From Raja brachyura (Eukaryota), in contig OY740813.1 in the NCBI GenBank assembly GCA_963514005.1, forward strand, positions 9,858,001 through 9,922,000: a stretch of DNA of 64,000 nucleotides, written 5' to 3'. Below the pieces are notes generated by a model. It did no database searches, was not told the origin of the DNA, and saw nothing but the letters and a program-made list of their open reading frames with translations. A program made the position numbers and the translations under genes. How positions within the stretch are numbered: the stretch's first letter is position 1; the number at the start of each line of letters is the position of its first letter. Positions 1-13,529 of the stretch are shown here, piece after piece.

Positions 1-284
1 AATTGCATTTTTTTTTAAAGTTTAAAATAAGGGAGGTGATTATGGCGTTGGGGAATGGGTTGCATCGGGGGAATGGATACATCACAATGGGTTCACATTT
101 AACAGCAAATTGGGGGGGGGTGGTTAGTGTGTGTGTGTGTGTGTGCGCGTGGTTAGTGTGTGTCATGTCACAACGGGAACCCGTCAGCAGTGCCTGTGCA
201 GTTGGGGGCTATGGGCGAGTGATTGAATATTGCGTTCGTGGAACAGCCCTCCTGCATTGGGGGACGGGGTTCAACTTGCTCTAG
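1..284 (+). mobile_element. 3' end of non-autonomous Helitron (truncated by window)
   Basis: Ends ...ACTTGCTCTAG|T at 281-285. Shares GAATATTGCGTT and TGCATTGGGGGA motifs with the copies at 8473-9582 and 13530-14950. Confidence 0.6.
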
Positions 285-1027
285 TTTAAATCCCTGTGCA
301 GCAAGAATATCCAAGCTGTCCAAAACTCAAAATTTGAGAGCTTTGCACAGTACTTGAAGTTAATTCCATATGTGAAGTTGCAAGTTTGCCATGTTGTTGA
401 CAGTTAAAGCATGTCAACAACATGGCAAATTTATGTTTTGTTCAATTTTGTTTAAAATTATGTCTAATTTTACAATGTTCATAATTCATTCATAACTTCA
501 TTCAAACGGCATTTGTGGAATATCATTTAACAATATAGCTAATTAAACTTGAATGTTTCTCCTGATTTACATACAAAACATAAATACCAATATGCAATTC
601 ATCTAGATGATGCCCGTCCAAATCCCAGCAGCTGTGCGACATAGTCAACTGAATTTCCATAATGTGCTTTTGTCAAAAAGTGTAAAATTCATAAAGAATG
701 TGAATATTGATTAAATGATTGCATGATTATTTTCTGTTCTTTGTCCCAAAAGCAATTCAAATCCACTTACACAGCTAGAATTGTCTCTAATCATCCTATT
801 ATTATGTAATCCACCGATTCTATTTCGGAACACATCGCATTATATTAAAACTCATTTTCTCTACCTTAGTAATCTGTTTTTACTCAAGCAGATACATTAT
901 TAATAATGTATGTAATCAATGTCAATTATATAGCTTTTATAGCACGGAAACACACCATTAGCCTCAAAAGGTTGCTGACATTGCTTATGCTCCACATTAG
1001 TCTCTGCTTTATCCAAGTGATCATTCC

Positions 1028-1121
1028 GTTTGAAGAAGGGTCTCGACCCGAAACGTCGCCCATCTCCTTCGCTCCTTAGATGCTGCTGCACCCGCTGAGT
1101 TTCTCCAGCCTTTTGTGTACC
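1028..1121 (+). mobile_element. Penelope-like element terminal fragment with hammerhead-like motif
   Basis: TGAAGAAGGGTCTCGACCCGAAACGTC...AGATGCTGC...GAGTTTCTCCAGC; the same unit recurs more than 10 times in the window. Confidence 0.7.
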
Positions 1122-1204
1122 CCAGAGGACAAGGATTTGTTAGATTACTTTTTTTTTCCATGCCTTTAATTCCCAAACACCAAGCACATGGAGGACTCTT
1201 TGAT

Positions 1205-1530
1205 TATTTAATTGGACTGTCAGAGGCACTGCCTATCAGATGAGACATTAAACCATAGTCCTGACTGCCTTGTTCAATGAACATAAAAATGCATACTATT
1301 TTAAAAGAGGGAAAGAGAGTTTATCCACAGTCAATATCTTTGCTCAACATTATCATCAGACATTTAGTCATCTCATGGATATTTGTGGTAATTTGCTACA
1401 TGCAAGTCAGTTGCCACATTTCCTACATAGCAGCAGTGACTGCACTTCAAAAGCACTTCATATGCTGTAATGTACGCATGGACAACACAAATGTTGTGAT
1501 TGCACAATATAAATGCAAATCTTTTTTGTT
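1205..1530 (+). mobile_element. Deu-domain SINE (SacSINE1/AmnSINE1-like)
   Basis: CAGATGAGACATTAAACC...CATTTCCTACA...CAGTGACTGCACTTCAAAAG...ATATAAATGCAA resembles the DeuSINE body and 3' tail as I recall them. Confidence 0.6.
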
Positions 1531-2563
1531 TATTCATAAAAGCTCGTAGATATCCTTGTCCTTTACTGCATGTGCAACAATTGTTGCCACCTTTATACCT
1601 TTTGCAATATATTACACTACCTTCAGTCCACAAAACTCCCCAAAACACAATCCCTCAAATTCCACATTGGTTTTTCTTTCAAATCTTGTTTCAGCAAGGT
1701 GGTGTTTTAGTGGGACTCACCTCACCTTCAGGCTGTGGTTCCCAGATCTCAAATACTTCCAATTCATAGGTTGTAGCTCCCAGGTCATCCCTTTTGGTGG
1801 CTCCCAATCCCACATCGGAGTTGGCAGATCTCCCATGCACAGTCCCATTTTAAAATATGTTATTTTATGTTGGTAGGGGGCAGTGGGCCATTTTAAGGCC
1901 TCTATGAATTAATTGTCCTTGAAAGAACAACGCATAATTATACCCAAAGTCTGAAGAAGAATTCCAACCTAAAACATTCCCTATCCTTTCCCCCCCACAG
2001 ATGCTGCCTGACCCACTCAGTTACTCCAGCACTGTTTTGCTCAAGGTTTGAGCATCTGCAGTTCCCGGTGTCTCCACTATTACCATGTGTCAAAGCCACT
2101 TTCCTCATTGTTCCTGTTGCTGAAGGCAAAGTACCTTAAAATTCATCTCTTCAGCTTGGTTTTCAATCACCTTCTTGCATTATTCCATTTCGCTCTTTGC
2201 AACACTTCAGATTCAAGGACCGCAATAGATATTGCAAATGTTAATTTCAGTGAGCAACATAAGGTACTCAACAGCGTGTGGGAAAAAGCTTATTTTCCCA
2301 GCGATAAGCCGGAACAAAGGAGACTTCAACATGGTTGCTTGAGATTTATGGGTACCAGCATCATTCAACGATTGAAGGTTGTAACCCAGGTCACTCTTTG
2401 GCACACCATATTTTCATATATTCAAAAAATTACATAGTCATGCCTGCCTGTTCAGTTGGATAAAAAGTTCCCACATCACTATTGTGGGAATTTTGAGGGA
2501 ATGCGCAAGGATTTAAAATGAGTGTATTGGGACATTTTGTTTTATGGGAAGGATGTAGAAGAG

Positions 2564-5500
2564 GCTGGGGGGGGGGGTGGACTCGGGTAGAGGGGGCTAG
2601 GGGACAGGGTGTGGGGCAAGAGGCAGAGAAGCGAAGTACTCGGACCCAAAATGTAGGCGAGAAAGAGGAAAAAGATAATAAACAGAGAATAAGGGATGGT
2701 GGGTTTCTAAAATGTGTATATTTTAATGCTAGGAGCATTGTAAGAAAGGTGGGTGAACTTAGAGCCTGGATAGACACCTGGAAATATGATGTTGTGGCAA
2801 TCAGTGAAACATGGTTGCAGGAGGGCTGTGATTGGAAACTAAATATTCCAGGATTTCGTTGTTTCAGGTGTGATAGAATTGGAGGGACCAGAGGTGGAGG
2901 TGTTGCATTGCTTGTCAGAGAAGATATTACAGCAGTGCTTTGGCAGGATAGATTAGAGGGCTCGTCTAGGGAGGCTATTTGGGTGGAACTGAGAAGTGGG
3001 AACAGTGTAGCAACACTTTTAGGGGTGTATTATATGGGGAGCGAGAATTGGAAGAGCAAATATGTAAGGAGATAGCAGATATTAGTAGTAAGCACAAGGT
3101 AGTGATTGTGGGAGATTTCAATTTTCCAAAAATAGACTGGGAAACACATTCTGTAAATGGGCTGGATGGTTTGGAGTTTGTAAAATGTGTGCAGGATAGT
3201 TTTATGCAGCAATATATAGAGGTATCGACCAGAGAAGGGGCAATGCTGGACCTCCTGTTAGGAAATGAGGCAGGTCAGGTGACGGAGGTATGCATTGGTG
3301 AGCACTTCGGGACCAGTGATCACAATACCATTAGTTTCAATATAATTATGGAGAGAGTCAGAACTGGACCTAGGGTTGAGATTTTTGATTGGAGAAAGGC
3401 TAACTTTGAGGGAATGCGTAAGGATTTAAAAGGAGTGAATTGGGACATTTTGTTTTATGGGAAGGATGTAGAAGAGAAATGGAGGACATTTAAAGGGGAA
3501 ATTGTATGAGTACAGAATCTTTATGTCCCTGTTCGGTTGAAAGGAAATAGTAAAAATTGGAAAGAGCCATGGTTTTCAAGGGAAATTGGACACTTGGTTC
3601 GAAAAAAGAGAGATATCTACAATAATTATAGGAGGCATGGAGTAAATGAGGTGCTAGAGGAGTATAAAGAGTGTAAAAAGAATCTTAAGAAATAAATTAG
3701 AAAAGCTAAAAGAAGATATGAGGTTGCTTTGGCAAGAAAGGTGAAAGTAAATCCAAAGGGTTTCTACAGCTATATTAATAGCAAAAGGATAACGAGGGAT
3801 AAAATTGGACCATTAGAGAGCCAGAATGGACAGCTATCTGCAGATCCAAAAGAGATGGGGGAGATATTGAACATTTTTTTTTCCTTCAGTATTCACCAAG
3901 GAGAAGGATATTGAACTCTGAGGTAAGGGAAAAAAGTAGAGTAGCTATGGAAACTATGAGATTCAAAGAGGAGGAAGTACTGACACTTTTGAAATATATA
4001 AAAGTGGATAAGTCTCCAGGTCCTGACAGGATATTCCCTAGGACATTGAGGGAAGTTAGTGTAGAAATAGCAGGGGCTATGACAGAAATATTTCAAATGT
4101 CATTAGAAACGGGAATAGTGCCGGAGGATTGGCGTACTGCGCATGTTGTTCCATTGTTTAAAAAGGGTTCAAAGAATAAACCTAGCAATTATAGACCTGT
4201 TAGTTTGACGTCAGTGGTGGGCAAATTAATGGAAAGGATACTTAGAGATAATATATAAGCATCTGGATAAACAGGGTCTGATCAGGAACAGTCAACATGG
4301 ATTTGTGCCTGGAAGGTCATGTTTGACAAACCTTCTTGAATTTTTTGAAGAGGTTACTAGGGAAATTGATTAGGGTAAAGCAGTGGATGTTGTCTATATG
4401 GATTTCAGTAAGGCCTTTGACAAGGTTCCCCATGGAAGGTTGGTTAAGAAGGTTCAATCTTTGGGTGTTAATGGCGGAGTAGCAAGATGGACTCAACAGT
4501 GGCTGAATGGGAGATGCCAGAGAGTAATGGTGGATGGCTGTTTGTCAGGTTGGAAGCCGGTGACCAGTGGGGTGCCTCAGGGATCTGTGTTGGGTCCACT
4601 GTTGTTTGTCATGTACATCAATGATCTGGATGATGGGGTGGAAAACTGGATACGCAAGTATGCAGATAATACTAAGATAGGTGGTGTTGTGGATAATGAA
4701 GTAGATTTTCAAAGTCTACAGAGAGATTTGGGCCATTTGGAAGAGTGGGCTGAAAGATGGCAGAAGGAGTTTAATGCTGATAAGTGTGAGGTGCTACATC
4801 TTGGCAGGACAAATCAAAATAGGATGTACATGGTAAATGGTAGGGAATTGAGGAATGCTGTGGAACAGAGGGATCTAGGAATAACTATGCATAGTTCCCT
4901 GAAGATGGAATCGCATGTAGATAGGGTGGTAAAGAAAGCTTTTGGTGTGCTGGCCTTTATAAATCAGAGCATTGAATATAGGAGTAGGGAAGTAATGTTA
5001 AAATTGTACAAGGCATTGGTGAGACCAATTCTGGAGTATGGTGTACAATTTTGGTCACCTAATTATAGGAAGGATGTCAACAAAATAGAGAGAGTACAGA
5101 GGAGATTTACTAGAATGTTGCCTGGGTTCCAGCAACTAAGTTACAGAGAAAGGTTGAACAAGTTAGGTCTTGATTCTTTGGAGCGCAGAAGGTTAAGGGG
5201 GGGACTTGATTGAGGTCTTTAAAATGATGAAAGGGATAGACAGAGTTGACGTGGATAAGCTTTTCCCATTGAGGGTAGGGAAGATTCAAACAAGAGGGCA
5301 TGACATGAGAATTAAGGGACAGAGGTTTAGGGGTAACATGAGGGGGAACTTCTTTACTCAGAGAGTGGTGACTGTGGAATGAGCTTCCAGCAGAAGTGGT
5401 AGAGGCAGGATCAATTTTAACATTTAAAAGTAAAGTGGACAGGTATATGGACGGGAAGGGAATGGAGGGGTATGGTCTGAGTGCAGGTAGATGGGACTAG

Positions 5501-5582
5501 GGGAAAATAAATGTTCGGCACGGACTGGAAGGGCCGAGAGGGCCTGTTTCCGTGCTGTAATTGTTATATCGTTATATGGTTA
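2564..5582 (+). mobile_element. CR1 LINE, near-complete ORF2 (APE endonuclease + RT), disrupted
   Basis: ORFs 2518-3075 (NARS, SETWL, RGGGV), 2979-3509 (GDFN, LDL, SDH), 3911-4258 (KSPGPD, NYRPVSLTS) and 4383-5213 (DFSKAFD, GVPQGSVLGP, YADN). Several frameshifts and stops. Ends in a GTTATAT-type tail at about 5563-5582. Confidence 0.95.
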
Positions 5583-6566
5583 TTCTAGAAGAGAATTCTC
5601 CAAATAGTTCAGCTATCGCTCTTCCTTCTCCGCTAACACTAACAACAGCAGTTTTGCTCTGATTTGTGTCTATACATTGGTTGCATTTTCACCACAGCAT
5701 AAAACATTGACTACATTTCCAAATAAATCATTGGATTTAAACATAGTGGCACTCCACAGAAAGAGCAAGATAAATTTAAAGGAAGAACTTGGGGAGAGAT
5801 AACAAAGGCAGGGCAGTATAACAAAAACTTTTTGCTGGAAGTGTCTAGAATCAAATAATTCTACCCAAGTATTTACAAATAATAACGCCCAACTAAGAAG
5901 TTGACATGAAACACAGCTTTTGCATGAATCTTCAGGATACATGTGCACTTCCAGATTCACCCTCCCCCTCCCAATAAAAGCATTCACTGCACTGTTCAGT
6001 TAACTTTCCTTGACTAAACAAAAATATTTTTACAGAAACACGAGCTGTACAATCCCTTCGGAGATAAAACAGGCTACATTACGCAAGCACTGCATTTTCA
6101 ATGTTTGTAGCCGGAGGTCAATGATCACTGAAACTCTGCCAAGTGAATCACAAGGCAAGTGGAACAACATTCCTATCCATCCAGGCAAACAGAGCTCCAG
6201 GCAGCCTTAAAAGTCAGTATCTCCAGTAACTAGCACTGACTGTACAACACGACTAGATTATTCAACGCTGCCAGAGAAAAGTATTTGTTTAAGAGAGTCA
6301 GATTTTTTCTCTTTGTGCAACAGCAAATTGTCAGTCAAGGTTGGTTGGTACCAATCTATTCCAAGTTAGACATTGAAGCACAGATGTCAAATTAATCAGC
6401 ACACTGCAATAATGAGGAAATTTCACTCCATTGGAGGCCTGTTGTTCAGACAAAGGATTTAACTGACAGTACATTCATCTGCACACAGGGACACAAGCTC
6501 ACACATCACTATTTTTAAAAAGAAAAATCTATTTTGGGCACAAGCACCAAACAGTTTCATGTGTCT

Positions 6567-6896
6567 TTTAAAAAAAATGGTATTTATTGATCTATTTATT
6601 TATTATTTTTATTAGAAGCAATTGTACAAGGATAAAACATTTGGCATCTAAAATTATACAATTATTGTACAGCTTCAATTTTAACCTTTTAACCTGAAAA
6701 TGAGAGAAAAGAGAGAAAGAACAAGAGAGGGAAACAGATAATTGAAAAGATAGCTCGAAAAAGCACATAAAGCACATAAAAGTGAATAAAGATATAAGAG
6801 GAAAAAAAAATGGAGATATGCCAGCCCCTCGACCCCCCCCCCCTCCCCCCCCAAACCAGAATCGGATTTAAATCCAAATTTGTGTTGTGCCATCCT
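6567..6896 (-). mobile_element. 5'-truncated L1-like 3' end with 14-bp TSD
   Basis: Flanked by the direct repeat AGTTTCATGTGTCT at 6553-6566 and 6897-6910. T/A-rich tail with TTTATT on the left. Purine-rich tract resembles the L1 3'UTR at 47500-47690. Confidence 0.65.
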
Positions 6897-8472
6897 AGTT
6901 TCATGTGTCTATAAGAGAGCAATAAGAAAAAATCCAAACTTTCTAGAGTTTACAGTCCTCTAGAAAAAAAACCTTTCAATGCATTTGTGAAAGGATATCC
7001 TGATCGTAACAATTTCCAGGTGCTGCTGGTGAACCACTGTCCCCCACGCAGTGTGCCACTGTCCCCCACCCCATCCCCTCCCTCAGAGCAGCTGAACCAC
7101 CAGTAAATAGTAAATAAGTACAAGTTTATGTTACAACTTGTATTTCTTTGCAAGACCACAGTTTTTATGTTGTGAAAAATCTTAATATGGGCCATCCTCT
7201 TCGAAAGCAACAATCCAACAGTTCTTGTTGACAAAATATTATTTTCACAAAAAGAACATCCAAATGGAAATTCCAGTTAACTTGGTCATTATTAAAATTA
7301 ATTAAATAAGCTGGCAGGGGATGGACTCATTATTGAAGTGAAAAGCAACTCAATTTAACATACCATGTATGTTTTAAAAGGCACACAGTTAACAGCTTCC
7401 GCTATCTGACAAATTCACTGGGTGAGCAGAACAACGAGAGAAGTTATGGTAATTATCAATGATTTAATTGCAAACAAAATAAAACACAAATTAACCTCTT
7501 ATTCATAAATGAACAATAAGTTTTGAATGTGATGTGCATGCATAATGACCAGTGATAATCCAGATAATGAGAAAATCTGCTCTCAGTGGTGTCAGTGTGA
7601 GGTAATGATATAGCTATTGATATCTGGGAAAACAATTACCCCGTTAAAGAGCAATTACTTTCCCAAACATAAACTGCATCACATCTGGACTCACCAGCAA
7701 CTTTAAGGGAGACTGTGTGCTGAAAATCAAGGTGAATAACTGCACTGAATAACTCAGCCTGTAATGAAACGGATGTAAATGCTTTTGAAGATGATACCAG
7801 ACAAAATGTTTTTTACAATGAGGCAAAGGATTTTTATTCGATAAACTAATTTGACTGCAGAAAAGCGTCAGAGTAACTGATTAATGTAAATTCCCCCTTT
7901 AAGTTTAATTGGCACAAAGTGAAATACTAAATTTATTACTCCTGTGCCTGAACACTTGTCGTCTTGACTGTGACATATAAAGTATTCACACGGCATTCTG
8001 AAAATTAACAGAATTGTCCCAAAAGACTGCTTTATCAACACAAAATTCAGAGAGATTCTGTATTCAAATCAAGCAATCAGCATCTGACAATGGAACAACT
8101 TACTTGCCTTTAGTCAAATTGAAAGTGCAAGCAGTTCAATGTGGACAAATGCTAAGGGGAGTGTGATTGGTTTGTAGAATAAGTCCAAACAGTAACAAAC
8201 AAGCAAGTTGACTACAACCCTTCAATACAAACCTTGAAGTTATTGTGTGCTGTTAAGTCAGAGCACAAGTGTAAAGTTTACAATTTGAGTTGCCAATGCA
8301 TTCAAGTCACTGAGAGTATAAAACCCAGTCTCGAAAGGATGATCCAAGAGGAACGACCAGATAAGTTTAAGATCCTTAATATCATGCGGGAAATACATTG
8401 TAACAGAGGAAAAAAACAAGCTAACAAAAAATGTGCGGAACGGTATCCAGGGCTGGCAAGATGAAAATCATA

Positions 8473-9582
8473 TCATATCCTTATTAAAACTCTGATCTTG
8501 TGTGTGTATATGTGGTTGTCTTTACATATTCGCACAAAAACACTATACAGTAACGATTACATTTTTACATATTCTGATTGACATTTTTCCCCTCTAGACA
8601 GAGAGCACCTTCACTGAAGATTTTATGCTTTATTCCTCGACTTATTACTGATTAAAAGTTTAAAAAAATCAAAATACTTGAATTTAAAACGTCCAGTTTC
8701 AACTGATGATGTCACAATGGTCGGCTAGCAGTGATCAGCTTTACTGAAGATTTCAGCCTATATTTCGCATGTTATTCGCAATTAAGGTTTTAAAAATGCC
8801 AACTTTAACAAGATTTTTACATATTCTGATTCACATTTTTCCCTCTAAGCAGAGATCACCTTCACTGACCATTTTATGCTTTATTTCTTGACTTATTACT
8901 GATTAAAGTTTTTTTTTAAATCAAAAGACTTTGAATTTAAAACGACCAGCTTCAACTGATGACGCCACAATGGCTCGGCTAGCAGCGATCAGCTTCACTG
9001 AAGATCGATACAAAGTTGCAAGACAGAAACACTGAACTTTTCACCTCAATGGGATTTTTCAACAGGAGGGGAAGGGCCAATTGGTATTGCAGTTGGAACT
9101 GGTGCGGCAGGCAGGGGAAGTGCAATTGGAATTTTTTTTTTAAGTCCACTGCTGAGGGAGGTGGGGGGGTGCTGGAATCTTACGTTCGGGAACGTGTTAA
9201 GTTGCATTGGGGGAACGGCTGAGTGGTGGAATATTGCGTTGGGAGCCCACACCATTAGTGGAGCAGATATATTCTGATTCGCATTTAAAAACCTTTAAAA
9301 TCATTCCTGCCAGCTTCCAACACACTTCGATAAAATGTTGCGACACAGGAACACTCTGAACTTTTCACTTCACAGGAGGGGGAGGGCGAATTGCTATTGT
9401 AACACGCAGGGGAGGTGCAATTGGATTTTATTTTTAAAGCCCACTGCTGAGGGAGGCAGGGGAGTGCTGGAATCTTACATTCATGAACTGCTTGAGTTGG
9501 AGGACCACGCCTCCCGTGGGCGCTACGGGTAGGGAACGGGTGCGTTGGGGGAGCAGACCCAACAGGTCTGCACTTGGTCTAG
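8473..9582 (+). mobile_element. Non-autonomous Helitron
   Basis: 3' hairpin GCAGACC-caaca-GGTCTGC, then ACTTGGTCTAG|T (9579-9583). 5' A|TC...TTATTAAAACTCTGATC start is approximate. No TSD. Internal tandem duplications. Confidence 0.75.
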
Positions 9583-10904
9583 TATGATTCTAAAATCCAA
9601 GGAGAAATATACGGGCCGAATAACACGTTGCAAAAAGTAGTTTCAAGACAATACTTGGCTAATTTAGGCTGGATGTTGCTACAGCAGGACTGCAGTTACC
9701 TTTTAGAATGGCTGATATTATCCAAAAAATCTTCCAAACTGTCTTGTGAATATTTAGTTTAAAAATGTTTAAGTATCATTGAAGAGAATTGCTTGTAGGA
9801 GGAAATTTTGAATGTTACAATTTTTTATTGCGCATCATTTCTGCACTTACAAATCACTCAATCAATGCAAATGCTGAAATAGTCAATATCTTTTCATTAT
9901 TCCACTTTACAGACAGTATTACCAAACTGTTCAATTGAGAAACAGTTGTCCCAGGAAAGCAGGGAATCAAAAGAATGGTTAAGGAAAGCCAAGAATGATC
10001 CCAATTTCAGATGTATTACAGCAAGACTCTTCAAGACCCACCCACTCCAGGGCCTGATTATACGGATTACACTCACACAAAAAGGGAGTGAAATCTCAAC
10101 AAAAAAAAGGCATTTCCAGAAATGGACTTTCATGATAAATGAAACCAGATGGGTATTGCTGGCCTGCACAGCACCGAGGGAATTTGGGTATTGGATAATT
10201 TCAACAACATTGATGATTTGTTATTCCTTCTTCGTTGCTAGCTTCAAAAGACTGGCTCAAATATCAAGACCCACGCATTTAACATTCTGCGAAGAAACAA
10301 ATTGGAGAAGTTCACTTAGCTTTCCGTAGTTTTAACTGACCTAATTTGAATAACTGATAGCATTTCCATGTACCAATCCCATTTTCAGAGCATGGTATTT
10401 AGAACATTTCCAACACCTGCTGCATAGTTCCACCACTTTCATTAACTCAACTCAAAATGCTACTTCAACTCAAAATCCGCTTTCTTTTCCTCCCTATCAC
10501 ACAGGTGATTGTAAAGCCTGAAAGGATAACAAGAGCTATGCCCATACCACTGTCCAACAGCCCTCACAGTTGCTGCTCAGGGCTAATTCCCAACCATTCA
10601 CCCACTTCCTTCCCTCTCATGCCTTAATGAGTTATGAGGTGCATTAAACTACAAATCTGCTAATAAAAACATTTCACTGATCCAAAAGAAGCAAATTTTC
10701 ACAATATCAGAAGCAGAGATAACATTCAAGCCTTTTCTTAAATTAATCCAGTGCCCTCAAACTACTTTTGGCAGATTAAATTAAGTTTGATGGCAACATC
10801 TGTTACAGAGGTGGATTTGTGTTTACAGCAGCATGGCCATAAATGCAATTGGCCAAAATGGTCTTTTATGACTGTTAACCACATCGGCACACCAACTAAC
10901 TGTA

Positions 10905-11275
10905 GAATTCAATGTTCATACTGGTGAATTGTAAGCTACCCAAGTGGAATACGAGGCGCTGTTCTTCTCGTTTGCATGTAGCCTCCCTCTACTAACGGAA
11001 GAGGCCCAAGATAGTGGGTTAACTGAAAATTATAGATTTGGAGCCAAGACAGGAAAATAGAACGGAGATACAAATCATTCCCAATTGAATAGAATGGGAA
11101 TAGAGATTTGAGAGACTGAATGGCAAATATGTATCAAGGGTAAATAAGAACTCAAATGTCTTTAAATGCACATCAGGTCGGGCAGTATGTATAGAGAGTG
11201 AAACAGTTAATATTTCCACACGATGACCGTTCTTCAGATGTGACTGACCGGTTGAATATTTCCAATCTTCTTAGC
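10905..11275 (-). mobile_element. Degraded Penelope-like fragment
   Basis: The minus strand reads like the GIY-YIG C-terminus (KREEQRLVFHLGSLQF...MNIEF), followed by a decayed terminal unit. Confidence 0.5.
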
Positions 11276-11859
11276 CTTTGACAGCAATAAATTTATTGCA
11301 GGATGATTTAAGCATTAGGAATTGCTTGTTAAATCCTTTTAATAAACCTCTCTCTTTCTCTCTCTCTCTCTCCCTCAAGGCCTTCCCAGAAACAAAAACA
11401 AACAGGTTAGATTGTTCTAAATACAAAAATCTCAGGTCTCATATTGGTTAATGTTAATCTGAGTATTGCTACAATGGAAAACATTAATGCGAGATCCTAA
11501 AGCACAGGTCAGCCTAACCCAATGCCCAATCAGCCAGGTTTATCCTCTAAAATAAAAGTTTATATAATTTAATAACTTTCAGTAATTGACTGGATTCCAG
11601 AAAGTATGTTGATTTTTTTTTTACAACAGTACATTCTGTTATGAGCATTTAGTACCTTTTAAGCACACTGAAAACATTGAGCCAAAATATCCTTGATACA
11701 AATGCCTTAAGCTTTTTTGTGATACATGAGGCTGTCACTTAGCTGAGAACAGAACTTCAATGCATTGGTTTCTGCTAGGAAGAAAAGTACATGGACACTG
11801 AACCTGCTCAACTTCACTGCCACCTCTTTTCACCTCTACACACAGCAAATTATTAGATG

Positions 11860-12420
11860 GCTTGTCCAACAACATGAACAAAATGAGCAGCAATTTCCAC
11901 ATTCAAATCATGAGGAAGTCTGAGAGCACAATCTCAGAAACCTATGGCAGACATCAAACTTCCAAAACCACACCTTTTCCTTGCAACCACTCGAAATTGA
12001 ACCAAGCTATTTGCAACCTTGATATCACGTCAGCCCCAAGATGAACTCTGTACCAACTGTACATCTTCACCACAATGACTATTTCCAACCTCAACAGCCT
12101 CCTGACACTTAATGTTGGTATATCAGTCATCCTCATCTTCACTTCAATAGTTTCCAGTTTGATGACCTCAGATTCCAGGCTCCTGTAATTCAGGCTTATC
12201 TGTGCATTTAATGTCTCCTCTATTGGCGATTGCACCATCAAATTCCAAGACCATAAAGAAAGGAATTTATTTTCTAAATTTCCTCAGCTCCCTTCTCAGA
12301 TTTGAAAAGCACCTAAAAACAATCCAATTTAATTTTAACATCTCTGTAGCATGTTCTCCATACTTTCAAGTCTGAATTATCTGTATAAATGTGAAAGTGC
12401 AATAAAACTCTTCTTTAAAT
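11860..12420 (+). mobile_element. Old L2-like LINE fragment
   Basis: Decayed RT C-terminal-like peptides (MSSNFH..., ICNLDI...). Confidence 0.35.
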
Positions 12421-13359
12421 ATTTCATTCTCAAGGCACTGCTTAGGTACTTGTTGCATAGTATGCATTATATTTTGAATTCAATGTAAATTGTGTCACGG
12501 AACACAATTTAACATTTCACATGACATAGGATTTAATTTCCATCTAAATGGATAACCGTTACATTGGGAATTACTTAAGTAGAGAATAGTTAAAGAAGAT
12601 TAAGTCCACATACATAAAGCAAATTTTTATAGAGTTGGATTTATATTTCAGGCACTGTGACTCACTAGCATTGTAAATATTTAAAAACTACAAATTTGTT
12701 CAGGGAAGCATGAGTAACACGAACATCCTTTGCTTTTTAGAAAATTACAGGCTCCCAATGGCATTAGGGCAAGAAGCATTCCCGTAACCAGCTACGCTGA
12801 ATAATGCTGCAATATTATTCATAAATAATGCATGTCCATAATTTAGATTGGAGGTTTCTCATGTGGGTTGCGGATGTGAATATTTATATTTCACTGAGGC
12901 AAAAGGATATTTGTTATCAAAAGCTGTTTGGAAAGACAGGTGCTTTAAAATTGACTATCTGGCAACCACTGCATACAATAAACTAACATCCAAGTTACCT
13001 GACTGAGCAGCCAACTGACAGCCAACTAATTTATTCATTTTTATTTTACTAAAATGCCACAAGTTCCTTAGCAGCCACCGAAGCAATCAACTATTGCATT
13101 GACGCAACACCTCACTTAAAGAGCTGCGTCCCATAATGTGTCTCCCCTCAGTGGTGCACCAAAGCGTCATTCTACACAATATTCTCAAATCCTACTAGCC
13201 TTGAAGTCCCAACACTATGATTCTGCAACATGAGTGTTGCAAACTGAGCCAAAATGGCACATACGTTTTAGTTTTAAAATCAATAAAATTTGGCTCTTCA
13301 AAACCCAATAAAACATTTCTAATCTCAGCAAGAATTTTCTTTTTACTTGATTGAAAAGG

Positions 13360-13525
13360 TCAAGAATCAAGTGTTTTATTGTCATATGTCCCAGATAGAA
13401 CAATGAAATTCTGACTTGCTGCAGCACAACAGAATATGTAAACATAGTACACTGTAAATAATGATAAATGAGAGAGAGAACAAAAGTTCAGTGTGTACAC
13501 ATACACACACTCACATATAATTATA
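13360..13525 (-). mobile_element. Retroelement 3' tail (Rex1-like)
   Basis: GTCAAGTGTTTTATTGTCATATGTCC...GCAGCACAACAGAATATGTAAACATAGTAC; near-identical copy at 28530-28800. Confidence 0.5.
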
Positions 13526-13529
13526 TGTA

